Source of the DNA: Chamaesiphon sp.
GTDB taxonomy: Bacteria > Cyanobacteriota > Cyanobacteriia > Cyanobacteriales > Chamaesiphonaceae
Length of the DNA: 64,000 nucleotides
Direction: 5' to 3'
Assembly (NCBI GenBank): GCA_965246715.1
Contig: CBDFFH010000009.1
Span: forward strand, 32,001 to 96,000
Shown: one piece after another, positions 9,892 to 19,727 of the stretch
How positions within the stretch are numbered: position 1 is the stretch's first letter
Layout: the number at the start of each line of letters is the position of its first letter
Translations under genes and position numbers: made by a program
Notes under the pieces: generated by a model
Seen by the model: only the letters and a program-made list of their open reading frames with translations
Told to the model about the DNA's origin: nothing
Database searches by the model: none

Positions 9892-9914
9892 ATATTTTAG
9901 CTTTAAAAGACATT
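9892..9914. promoter_or_regulatory. putative operator, copy 2, just upstream of a TATGAT -10-like box of the regulator gene
   Basis: atattttagctttaaaagacatt followed by tatgctatgat. Confidence 0.5.
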
Positions 9915-9969
9915 TATGCTATGATGTTATTGTAAAATATTTTAGTGCTATAGTTTATAGCCCAAAATT

Positions 9970-11073
9970 ATGAATGAGCCAAAAAAGCGGGGACGACCGC
10001 GAAAGGATGGTGAATCAGAACAGCCGGAATTGGCAATTTCAAACGGTTATCCAGATTTCCTTGACGTTATCGAGAAGTATCTGGCTGAAGCCAAGTGGAC
10101 TAAACGAGAGTTGATGACAGCGATCGGTTTTGGCGAGACACAACTATATCGTTGGAGTCGTGGCGAGAGCGTCCCACGCAAAGCAACGGTTAATCGAATC
10201 GCCATTCAACTGGCAAATAGGCTAGATGCGATTTATGGCAATCGTCTGAACGATCCCTCTCCAGCAACAGATGCGATCGATAGCTTGCTCAACGAGTTAC
10301 TGGGAGCCGCCGGATTTGCTGCTTCGGTTAGAGGTATCACTGGTGATGATTGCTGGAACAAAATCGCTCAGAATCAATGCTGGACACTGGGCTATACAAT
10401 GGTTTCAGAGTTGGCTATCCCACCAGAACGACGTGGTGGTAAGCCCACAGGAAAAGCTATAGAGTACGCCGAAACGATCGGACGATTACTAGGAATAGAA
10501 ACTCTCTGGGAATATCTTGACTTCAACGTCATGCCAGGTGCGATCAGGCAAAGACAAGTCGATGGCATTGCTCCAATTATGTTGGTGCTGCCAGGAAGAT
10601 TATTCGACTACAGTTTTTCAAATCGATGTAGTGAGACACCCTTCACTTTGACAGCGATCTCCGATCGTCAGCTTATTGATGGTGCCGATTGTTTGGAAGC
10701 CCTGCCAGCAAATAAAGTCGAGCTACTTTTTGTAAAGGGTGAGTTGGGTGATTGGGGTGCAAGTGTCTTATCTAACAAGTATCTTCTCAGACAGAGTTTT
10801 GCTAATGCTGACGAGGCGATTAGTTATATGCAGGGGTTAATCGAGCGGCAGGAGTTAGACAAAATACCCGTATTACTCATTGACAATAGCACTGGCGGAT
10901 ATCTAGTCGATCGAGAAAATGATAGAGGTCAACCTAAGCTATTGCAGATTGAAATCAAAAGCGTCAACCTAACAACGTTTAATTCTTTTGCATTTCATCC
11001 AGATGAGAAAATGCTGGTTAATGCAGTCAACCAGTCCATTCCACTTACTCCATATATTCAAATCAAAAACTAG
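9970..11073 (+). CDS. XRE-type HTH regulator fused to a family-3 substrate-binding domain
   Basis: KKRGRPRK AT-hook-like; WTKRELMTAIGFGETQLYRWSRGESVP HTH; PTGKAIEYAETIGRLLG...AIRQRQVDGI..YSFS SBP-like; no signal peptide. Confidence 0.75.
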   Translation: MNEPKKRGRPRKDGESEQPELAISNGYPDFLDVIEKYLAEAKWTKRELMTAIGFGETQLYRWSRGESVPRKATVNRIAIQLANRLDAIYGNRLNDPSPATDAIDSLLNELLGAAGFAASVRGITGDDCWNKIAQNQCWTLGYTMVSELAIPPERRGGKPTGKAIEYAETIGRLLGIETLWEYLDFNVMPGAIRQRQVDGIAPIMLVLPGRLFDYSFSNRCSETPFTLTAISDRQLIDGADCLEALPANKVELLFVKGELGDWGASVLSNKYLLRQSFANADEAISYMQGLIERQELDKIPVLLIDNSTGGYLVDRENDRGQPKLLQIEIKSVNLTTFNSFAFHPDEKMLVNAVNQSIPLTPYIQIKN

Positions 11074-11084
11074 AGGGTAACAAA

Positions 11085-11777
11085 ATGAGCCAGCAGATCG
11101 ACATTCAAGAGCTAATTTCACTGATCCTAAATTCCGAGAAGCTATTTATAAACACCAAGATTCGTGAAGAATTGATTGCATGTATCTTGAATTCAAGTAA
11201 ATTGGTTGAATTTGGTGAAGGCTTTTACTTCATTAGACATGATTTTTGCAAGCTAAATTTCATAGTTGGTGCAAGATGTTCTAATGATGAAATGCTCTGG
11301 TCTGGCTTGGCTAAGAATTTAGTGGAAGAGCTAGGCGGCAAGAGCGGTATCAGTCACAACAAACTCTATTGTGACTTTCTAAAGTCTATTGGAGCCAAAA
11401 CGGAAAATGAATTAGACTGCCCTACCTTCGCTCAAGAATTTAATGATCGCTGGGAAGAATTTGCTAGAACCGCCCCTCTAATGGAGGCTTTATCGGCAAT
11501 AGCTATCTACGAAATTTTTGACGTTCCAGATTACCAGATGTTTTTAGAAATACTAGAACGAGCGAAAGTACCAAAAGAAGGACTAATATTCTTCAGGGTT
11601 CATGCAAATGCTCACCACTTTGAAATGTTTGAAGATACGGTAGCTTGGATACTCACTCAAGAAAGTGGTCAAGAAGCATTCGATCGAGCCAAAGATTTTG
11701 TATTTGATACTCAAAGAAAAATGTGGATTGGCCTAACAGAATTCCTCCAGTCAAAACAATTAGTAGCCGCAAATTAA
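11085..11777 (+). CDS. heme-oxygenase-like diiron redox enzyme (TenA/PqqC/CADD/BesC superfamily)
   Basis: NLVEELGG..SHNKLYCDFL...AIYEIFD...FFRVHANAHH: E/H/E/H/H ligand pattern. Confidence 0.75.
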   Translation: MSQQIDIQELISLILNSEKLFINTKIREELIACILNSSKLVEFGEGFYFIRHDFCKLNFIVGARCSNDEMLWSGLAKNLVEELGGKSGISHNKLYCDFLKSIGAKTENELDCPTFAQEFNDRWEEFARTAPLMEALSAIAIYEIFDVPDYQMFLEILERAKVPKEGLIFFRVHANAHHFEMFEDTVAWILTQESGQEAFDRAKDFVFDTQRKMWIGLTEFLQSKQLVAAN

Positions 11778-11799
11778 AATCTAAAACGGGAGAGATAGA

Positions 11800-12672
11800 A
11801 TGTTAAAAAAATCACTGCTCAGGTATGTATTGCTAGGGTTGTCCCTATTTAGCGTACTCATCTTTAATTTAGCTGGATGCACCAATAGTAATGTGGCACC
11901 TCCCACAGCTACTGCTAGTGCCTCCGTCATGGATCGGGTAGCAACCGATAGCAAAGTCAAAATCGGCTACTTAGTCTTCCCGCCAGCGATTACCAAAAAT
12001 CAAACTAGTGGCGAAATTGGCGGACATCTAATCGATACCATCAAAGAGATTGCCCGACTCAGTAAATGGACACCTGAGTTTGTCGAAACAGATTGGGCGG
12101 GATTTACAACGGGATTAGATTCTGGTCGGTTTGATATTTCCGTCGTGCCAACCTTTGTGACAGTCCCTAGAGCATTATCCATCTACTTTACCAAACCACT
12201 ATTCTTCGCTGGTAACAGTGCGATCGTCCGTGCTGGTGAAACTAAAATTACCACCCTTGCCAGCATCGACAAACCCGAAATTAGAGTCGCCGTCACCCAA
12301 GGTGAAGCGGGGGATGAATACGCTAAGGCAAACTTTAAAAAAGCGAAGATTACCAGCTTTCCAGGTAGCGATCAATCCGCCGCATTCCAAGCTGTAGTCG
12401 CTGGACGCGCCGATATTGCCTTGGGGGATGCTTATGCTACCGCTCAGTTCGCCAAAGCCAATGCAGCCAAGGTCAAAGACCTATTTGCCGCTAATCCCTA
12501 TAACCTCACCCCCGTATCCTGGGCAGTGAGAAAGGGCGACGACAAATTACTCAACTTCCTCAATAGCAGCATTGAAGCCCTCGATTATCAGGGACGCTTA
12601 CGCGAGTTCGAGCAAAAAGCAGGTGCTAACTGGTTGCACCCTAAAAAAGTCTTGGAATTCACTAAAGGCTAA
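11800..12672 (+). CDS. polar amino-acid ABC transporter substrate-binding lipoprotein
   Basis: Lipobox LAGC; GLDSGRFDI, FTKP, AVVAGRADIAL, AVRKGD. Confidence 0.9.
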   Translation: MLKKSLLRYVLLGLSLFSVLIFNLAGCTNSNVAPPTATASASVMDRVATDSKVKIGYLVFPPAITKNQTSGEIGGHLIDTIKEIARLSKWTPEFVETDWAGFTTGLDSGRFDISVVPTFVTVPRALSIYFTKPLFFAGNSAIVRAGETKITTLASIDKPEIRVAVTQGEAGDEYAKANFKKAKITSFPGSDQSAAFQAVVAGRADIALGDAYATAQFAKANAAKVKDLFAANPYNLTPVSWAVRKGDDKLLNFLNSSIEALDYQGRLREFEQKAGANWLHPKKVLEFTKG

Positions 12673-12678
12673 AACCTC

Positions 12679-13353
12679 ATGGGCTGGAACTTTGCGGTCA
12701 TGTGGAATAGTTTTCTACCCCTGTGCCTTGCCATGCTCACCACCATTTGGATTAGCATTGGCACGATTGCCATCGGCACGACTTTAGGGGTGCTGCTGGG
12801 GATTCTATCCCTCACCTCAAATCAATTTGCCTCCAGACTCGCACAGGCATTTATCGAACTATTCCTCGCCCTCCCAGCCCTAGTGATTCTCGTCTGGCTC
12901 TACTATAGTTTGCCGCTGATTTTCCCTGGCTTCATCTTGAGTGGCGATGCCTGTGCTGTGCTGGGGTTAGGATTGAGTTTATCCGCCTTCGTTGCCGACA
13001 TTATCCGAGGTGGCATCAACGCCATCCCCCCAGGGGAACTGGAAGTTGCCTACTGTACGGGAATGACTCGGCTCCAAGCAATTCGCTACATCCTCATCCC
13101 CCAAGTCCTCCAGCGATCTTGGCTGCCGCTGATGGGGCAATATATCACCACCTACAAATTTTCGACCCTAGCATCAGTCATCGCCGTTCCCGAAATCCTG
13201 CATACAGCTAATGCAATCATCGCTCAAACCTATCGCCCATTAGAGATTTACTCGATCGTCGCCTTCATGTTCGTCATCACAATTATGCCGCTCAACCTGC
13301 TCCTCCGCAGACTTCAGCGAGTGAGCAACCTTGGTGGCATGGAGAAAATATAG
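12679..13353 (+). CDS. polar amino-acid ABC permease (HisM/GlnP-like)
   Basis: ADIIRGGINAIPPGELEVAYCTGMT..IRYILIPQ EAA-like loop. Confidence 0.9.
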   Translation: MGWNFAVMWNSFLPLCLAMLTTIWISIGTIAIGTTLGVLLGILSLTSNQFASRLAQAFIELFLALPALVILVWLYYSLPLIFPGFILSGDACAVLGLGLSLSAFVADIIRGGINAIPPGELEVAYCTGMTRLQAIRYILIPQVLQRSWLPLMGQYITTYKFSTLASVIAVPEILHTANAIIAQTYRPLEIYSIVAFMFVITIMPLNLLLRRLQRVSNLGGMEKI

Positions 13354-13358
13354 TCCCT

Positions 13359-14039
13359 ATGGCAGAAGTACTCCTCCGACTCGAAAACATCCAAAAAAAA
13401 ATCGCTGGCAATACGATCCTCGATAACGTTAGCTTGACACTCGATCGCGGTGAAAGTCTGCTAATTCGCGGTAAGAGCGGCTGCGGCAAAACCACACTGC
13501 TCAGATGTATCGCCCTGCTAGAACAGATCGATCGAGGACAAATCCTGTTCGATGGCAAGGTAGTATCTGAGAAGGGTGTACTCGATCGCACCAAGTACAA
13601 GCCCGAAATCGGGATGGTATTCCAGCAACTCTACCTCTGGCCGCATCTAACCGTCTTAGATAATGTCTCCCTCCCCCTCCATTTGCGCCAAGGCGGACAC
13701 AAAAAACTAGCTGACGGGCTGGCGATCGAAAAACTATTCCAACTCGGCGTAATCGGCAAAGAAACCGCCTATCCCCATCAACTCTCCGGCGGACAAAGAC
13801 AACGAGTTGCCCTCGCCAGAGCCTTAGTCCATTCCCCCAGCCTCCTCCTCCTCGATGAAATCACCGCCAACCTCGATCCCGAAACCGCCAGCGTCGTCCT
13901 CGAACTCGTCGAAAAAATTATCCTCTCCGGTACCACCGTCATCATGATTTCCCACCTACCCGTCACCTCTTCCGTCTGGATGTACGAACTAAACGCCAGC
14001 AACTGGGAGTTGGAAAAAAGACAACAGCGCAATAGCTGA
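13359..14039 (+). CDS. polar amino-acid ABC ATPase (GlnQ-like)
   Basis: GKSGCGKTT, LSGGQRQR, LLLDEIT. Confidence 0.92.
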   Translation: MAEVLLRLENIQKKIAGNTILDNVSLTLDRGESLLIRGKSGCGKTTLLRCIALLEQIDRGQILFDGKVVSEKGVLDRTKYKPEIGMVFQQLYLWPHLTVLDNVSLPLHLRQGGHKKLADGLAIEKLFQLGVIGKETAYPHQLSGGQRQRVALARALVHSPSLLLLDEITANLDPETASVVLELVEKIILSGTTVIMISHLPVTSSVWMYELNASNWELEKRQQRNS

Positions 14040-14476
14040 AATTAATGAGTCCGCGCAATACTAATTTACAAAGGTATTTAACGGCGATCTTCCTGTTATT
14101 CCAAGATATATTCGACTGCTATTGGGCGGTTGAGGTAGTAATTTACCGATATCTCAGCTTCGTAACATGATACTTCTAGAAGCTAGAATGGGTATACTTG
14201 CTAGAGGAACCGCTTAAATTGCTTAGTTAAGTACACATTACTTCTCAATTCCCCAGGCTATGTGTAAAATTGAGGTAAGTTAATAATCTGTCAAAAAATA
14301 TATTTCATAAATATACATAAAAGATATACATTCTCAGTGACACATCCAAAACCTTGTGTACCTTTCGGGCAGAAGTTTTTAGTCATTGTATATATCTAAG
14401 CCACAGACCTAGTTATTATTTAATTAGTAAACATGTTCTTACATATTAAGCTTGAACGGTTTCCCATAGATGAACA

Positions 14477-15238
14477 ATGACATTCTCTAATCCACCGATT
14501 GTTGAAGCCATATTCCATGTAGTAGTAGAGCGTGACAGTGAATTTAATAATGAAACATTAAATGATTATGCTAAGTACATCACAGAAAAATTTCCTGCTT
14601 TCGATCGACAAGAACAAAGATTTCTAAAAAATGACATATCATTTCATTCTGACAATCCACACAACATAACTTCTTCTATTAGCAATATTTTACAAGGATA
14701 TCTTTTAGCATCCAATGATAACCCCAGAGTTATTCAAGCTAATATAGACAACTTCTCCTTTAGTAAATTGCCTCCTTATGGAACATGGGAATCATTCTAC
14801 AAAGAAGCAAATGAATTCTGGGAGAAATACGCTGAGATAACTTCAGTCGATCGAGTCAAACGCCTTGGATTACGCTATCTAAATCGGATTGAAATTCCTT
14901 TTGATAATAGATCTTTTAAGTTACGAGAATACATCAAGATATTCCCTGAAGTCACTGATGATTTATCAGTAACAATTTCTGGACACTTTATGCAAATGTC
15001 TCTTGACTCTGAGCTTTATAAACCGTCCAGAGCAATTGTAAATCAAGCAGTTGGCAATGTAGGCGATATGAAGTCCACTCCTTTAATATTTGATGTTGAA
15101 GTTTTTCAAGATGTAGACCTTACGCATCAAAACAATTCCAAAGAAATAGAATCAATTTTTATTAATAACTTACGAATATTCAAGAATAGTATATTCTTGA
15201 ATAGTATCACTGAAAAATCACAGGAGCTTTTCAAATGA
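14477..15238 (+). CDS. TIGR04255-family protein
   Basis: FSNPPIVEAIF..., PYGTWESF, VKRLGLRYLNRI, LIFDVEV, FLNSITE. Confidence 0.85.
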   Translation: MTFSNPPIVEAIFHVVVERDSEFNNETLNDYAKYITEKFPAFDRQEQRFLKNDISFHSDNPHNITSSISNILQGYLLASNDNPRVIQANIDNFSFSKLPPYGTWESFYKEANEFWEKYAEITSVDRVKRLGLRYLNRIEIPFDNRSFKLREYIKIFPEVTDDLSVTISGHFMQMSLDSELYKPSRAIVNQAVGNVGDMKSTPLIFDVEVFQDVDLTHQNNSKEIESIFINNLRIFKNSIFLNSITEKSQELFK

Positions 15239-15810
15239 TAGTTTCAGAACGTCAAACCATCGCAAAAAGTCCTATTCAAACAGTAACAAAATCAGGTAGT
15301 TACAATGTTATTGCAAGCTCTAGCAAAGGTGAAAGCTGCGAATACAAGCGAGTTGAAGCACAGATAAAGTGTCAAGATCGTACTGAGGTTGCTCACGTAC
15401 TTGAAAGTCCTGATGTTGCTGAATTAGAAAAAAGAGCAGAGGATTTAAGAGACTTATTACTTGAAAATCGTACTGCTTTGTCAGAGCAGGAAATGCGTCT
15501 ACTCAAAGGACTTTTTAATAGTAACAAGCAACTCATTGCTCTGAACAAAAAAACATCTCCATTAATTTTAGTAGCATTAGCAAGTCTTTTAGAGCCACTA
15601 ATTGAAAATCCTGCCTATGCTCAAGACATAGAGTCTATCGTCAAGAGCTTACTAAAATCACCATCAACAAGTTTAAGATATGCTGCTCTAGACATTATCA
15701 CTGCTGGATTAGGAATAGTTCCTGTTGCAGATTCATTACTAAAAGAAGCGAAAATATTGCTAAAAAATGAAGAGCCTGGGTATGTTCTCGAATACTTGGA
15801 GTCTCTTTAA
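15235..15810 (+). CDS. hypothetical protein, coupled to TIGR04255 (ATGA overlap); helical/HEAT-like C-terminus; candidate antitoxin
   Basis: ORF 191 aa, 4-nt overlap. Confidence 0.7.
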   Translation: MIVSERQTIAKSPIQTVTKSGSYNVIASSSKGESCEYKRVEAQIKCQDRTEVAHVLESPDVAELEKRAEDLRDLLLENRTALSEQEMRLLKGLFNSNKQLIALNKKTSPLILVALASLLEPLIENPAYAQDIESIVKSLLKSPSTSLRYAALDIITAGLGIVPVADSLLKEAKILLKNEEPGYVLEYLESL

Positions 15811-15813
15811 TTT

Positions 15814-17788
15814 GTGGAGCAATTTCTTTATTATCGAAGTTTGAGTAAAAGTGCAGATATCTGGAGAAAGGGGAAAAAAATCAGGTTCTACCGAACTTAC
15901 TATGCTAAATCAAGGATTGAAATGCCATGCTAGCAAACTTCTGATCTGAAAATTCTCAAAATTTCTAAACCCATATCCCATTCTTTTTATTAGCTTGAGT
16001 TTATTGTTAATTCCTTCGACGACTCCTTGAGTTGTTCTATTATCAAAATAGGCAATTATTTCACCAATCCATCTTTTAATAGTTCCACAACTCTTGGGGA
16101 ATTTCCCACAAGCATTCTTGAGCCAGTCACACAAGCTTATTAGCCCATTTCCCCAATCTGTTTTTGATTCAAATATATCTCTAAATAACTCTTTTGTTTT
16201 GTGCATTGCTGCTAATTCTGGAAAAACGTCTCCAATCTCTTTCAACTTCTCTTTTTGCAATTCATTCAAATCCGCTTCGTTTTTGAGTATTGCATATTTA
16301 CTGTGAGTTAATGCTGCTAATTTCTTGTTCTTTTCATCTTTGTTCTTCACCCTCTCAGCCTCTCTTTTGATTTTAATTCTCTCTCGATCTAACTCTTCAT
16401 TTATCTGTTTCATTACATGAAATCTGTCTCCAACCACTTCAGCATTTGGTATCAATTCATTTACCAGACTTTTGTATGATGAAAATAGATCGATACTTAC
16501 TTCTGTAATTTGGTTCAAAACCTCCGAACCCCAAGACTTCAAGCACTCACCAATACATTCTTGAGTCCTTTTTGGTAAGATGGCTATTAACTCTCTTTTT
16601 TCTAGATCTACTAACACCGCACAATAGTTTTTTTGCCCTTTAACAAAGGCAATTTCATCAATTCCTAGTCTGGTTAAATTCTCTGGCTTTTTTTGCACTA
16701 GATTTACCCCAGCTTTTTTGATTATTGTCTCCACTTCTTGCTCACTTAATCCATTTCTTTTGGCAACACTTTTAATATCACTAGCTAGACTCTCTTCGAC
16801 AATCTTCTGCTTCATTCGCTCGGTGAAATGACTTCTCTTTTTGATGAAATTTAATTCCTCACTGAATTTTCGACCACAACTCATACACTTGAATTGACGA
16901 CGATTAATTTTAAGGTAAACATCATGTTCACCGAATGGTAGATCTCTCACTGTTAATTGGTGATTCTCATGAAGTTTATTACTTTCAGTTCCACAATGAG
17001 GACACACTGCTTTTAATTGCTGATTTTCTAGATAAATAAAATAACCGATTTCATCTAAGATCTTATAAGCAGTGACGGTCATTCCGTCGATATTAAGAAT
17101 TTCATTAATGGTTTTTAGTTGCGATTTGGATGACATAATGCAATTCAAGCTTATTTGTTGCCAGAAATCAAGATCTTACTATTCTATAATAAAATCTGTC
17201 ATTTATGCTGCACCAAGCTTCCATAACTCAAAATTATCAATTTTGTCAATTAAACTTGATTCTTATCCACTACTTAGCATAGCAAGTTCGGTAGAGCCAA
17301 AAATCAAAGCTTTTCCCCCTGATGTTGAAAAAGAGACATACTTGAGCCACATGACAATGGGAAAAGGATTTCCTTCGATATGGATGTCATCAAACAATGA
17401 AGATCTAGAAAGAATTGCTCTTGGGCTTATGCTATGCAAAGGAAGTCTTGACAGGATAGAATTTGTCGGATTAAATCTATGCTGTTTTGAAAAAACACAA
17501 GTCAAAATTATCCAATCTTCTAATCCTCAATTTCCATTACCTTCGGTTGGCAATCTTCATCATGAATTACACAGCTATAATGACGACAATATTACCGAAT
17601 CAATTGAAATATTCCTATATTGCAATGGAAAGATCGAGAAATTTCCAAAAGTCTCGAATTCAGACACAGAGACAAGTATGCTAAACATAGCAAAGAAGTA
17701 TATCGATGAAATAAGTGGTGAAGTTTATATAAAGAAAGCTAGGGACTGGATTGAAAAATACGGAAAATCTCAAGTAACTGGGAATTAA
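15814..17788 (+). pseudogene. 183-aa putative ART/RES-fold toxin interrupted by ISL3
   Basis: Removing 15884-17306 rejoins MEQFLYYRSLSK...KKI/KAFPPD...PSIW..LERIALGL..LDRIEFV..NLHHEL in frame. Confidence 0.7.
15884..17298 (-). mobile_element. ISL3-family IS; transposase 15910-17148
   Basis: IRs ggttctaccgaacttactatgctaa / ggctctaccgaacttgctatgctaa; 8-bp TSD aaaaatca; GIDEIAF, DRFHV, EGINNKLKLIKR. Confidence 0.95.
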
Positions 17789-17847
17789 AAAAGACAGTTG
17801 AATTAAATGGAGTTATTTCTCGATCTACTATAGACGTTAGTAGATCT

Positions 17848-18364
17848 AGGACAAATCCTCTTCGATGGCAAAGTAGTATCAGAAAAAGGTGGACTCGATC
17901 GCGCCAAGCACAAACCAGAAATTGGCATGGTATTCCAGCAACTCTATCTATGGCCGCATCTAACCGTCTTAGATAATGTCTCCCTCCCCCTCCATCTACG
18001 CCAAGGCGGACACAAAAAAATAGCTGATGGACTCGCGATCGAAAAACTATCCCAACTCGGCGTAATCGGCAAAGAAACCGCCTATCTCCATCAACTCTCA
18101 TGCGGACAAAGACAGCGAGTCGCCCTAGCCAGAGCCTTAGTCCATTCCCCAAGTCTTCTCCTCCTCGATGAAATCACCGCCAACCTAGATCCCGAAACCA
18201 CCAGCGTCGTCCTCGAACTCGTCGAGAAAATTATCCTTTCCGGTACCACTTTCATCATGATTTCCCACCTGCCCGTCACATCTCCAGTCTGGATGTACGA
18301 ACTAAACGCCACCAACTGGACATTGGAAACAAGGCAACAGCATCAAGAATTTGAGAATCGATGA
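17848..18364 (+). pseudogene. diverged duplicate of the 3' two-thirds of the ABC ATPase gene (13535-14028)
   Basis: Near-identical protein without Walker A; signature changed to LSCGQ. Confidence 0.9.
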
Positions 18365-18697
18365 ATTAGCCTATCCAGGCATGGCAATTATCCCTGAAGG
18401 AGGGCGGATATTGAAATTCGTCGAAATCACCCAACAAGGCATCAGCATCGTGTTAGTAGAACAAAAGATTCATCCGAGTTTTATTAAGTGACAGCGACAT
18501 TGGCAATCGCCTCCCCTGTCACCGATCCGGAGAAATGAGAGTACGATATCGCGCTTTTTCGCTTTATAGTTATTTTAATTAAGAATGATACAACTACCGT
18601 TCAATCGAACCGCTGTTGACAATGGATTGAGCGAATCAGGCTGTCTCAAACTTATTTGGAATGACTATACCAAGGCAAAATAGCGATGCTGACAGCA

Positions 18698-19231
18698 TCA
18701 ACCCATCATCAATCTGATATCTTTGAGCAACTTATACATAGTCAGTGGCGATGCTGGAAATGGCTCGAACCCAAAATGACCATAAAACTTGCCCGCACTC
18801 TCATCTTTAGCATGAACGAGAATCGCCCTAATTCCAGCAATGTCAGCGGCATTTACGGTTCGACGCAAAGCGTCCAACAATAAACCTTGTCCGAGCTTTT
18901 GCCCTTGAAAACGATTATCTACAGCCAACCGCGCCAAAACCATCACGGGGATCGGGTAACGTGCCAACCCTTTACTCAACCCTTCAGGTGACTCAGAATG
19001 CGTGACTTCTCCCACCGTGAGGGTGTAATAACCAACCACCCGTTCGCCAATTAACGCCAGCCAAGTTTGGGCACTGTCTTTCTTCTGATTTTGGGATGCG
19101 TATCGGTGTAAAAACTGATTTAGTGCCTCTACCCCACAATCGAATTCGGCGATCGGTTGCCCAGATGTAAGTTTTTCGATCCGTGGCTGAGAATCGTCTG
19201 TGGCTATGGACATCGTTCGCGTAGCGTTCAC
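18698..19231 (-). CDS. GNAT acetyltransferase toxin (AtaT/TacT type)
   Basis: FDCGVEALNQFL, LARLAVD..FQGQKLG, FYGHFGF. Confidence 0.9.
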   Translation of the reverse strand: MNATRTMSIATDDSQPRIEKLTSGQPIAEFDCGVEALNQFLHRYASQNQKKDSAQTWLALIGERVVGYYTLTVGEVTHSESPEGLSKGLARYPIPVMVLARLAVDNRFQGQKLGQGLLLDALRRTVNAADIAGIRAILVHAKDESAGKFYGHFGFEPFPASPLTMYKLLKDIRLMMG

Positions 19232-19509
19232 TTTGTGAAATCGAACACACTGGGTGTATTTAGCAGTTGTTGCAGACGGGGATGAGTGCGAGGCGGAGCA
19301 TCAAGAGCTGCCTGGAAAGCATCCCATTGTTCATCGTTGAGACTAAATTGCCGCCGTTCGGCTAGGGTACTTTCTGCTTCTGTCAGAGCGGTATCCAGTA
19401 CGAATTCACTGAGGGTTTTATGACGAGATTGTGCCGCAGCCTGCAACAACCTCTTCGCAGTTGGGGAAAGGCGAATATCTAGCCTTTCTGCCCGTAAATT
19501 AGAAGACAT
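19228..19509 (-). CDS. DUF1778 RHH antitoxin
   Basis: ERLDIRLS..K.LLQAAA....TLSEFVL..; overlaps the toxin start. Confidence 0.9.
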   Translation of the reverse strand: MSSNLRAERLDIRLSPTAKRLLQAAAQSRHKTLSEFVLDTALTEAESTLAERRQFSLNDEQWDAFQAALDAPPRTHPRLQQLLNTPSVFDFTK

Positions 19510-19727
19510 ACTCGATCTCTCAGCTATTTAATCTTATTTTACCATAACGTGTGTACGTTGGCGACACAAACCCGATCGCTTGAAATCTTACAACTATGCC
19601 CTCACGAGCATAAAAGCGATTCGACAGCGGATGGAATCGCGCTGAGGCTCCCGCCTGCGGCACGTCTTCGCCTACAGCGTGCGTTCCACCAAGCAGAGCC
19701 GACGCTACGCGAACGAAATAACGAAGC

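Noticed and set aside
17072..17298. N-terminal part of ORF 17072-17788
   Set aside because: Read-through from inside ISL3; the true start is 15814
18485..18530. Possible Tn7/CAST end (gtgacagcgacatt...ctgtcaccga)
   Set aside because: No terminal TGT/ACA with repeated TnsB sites; too weak
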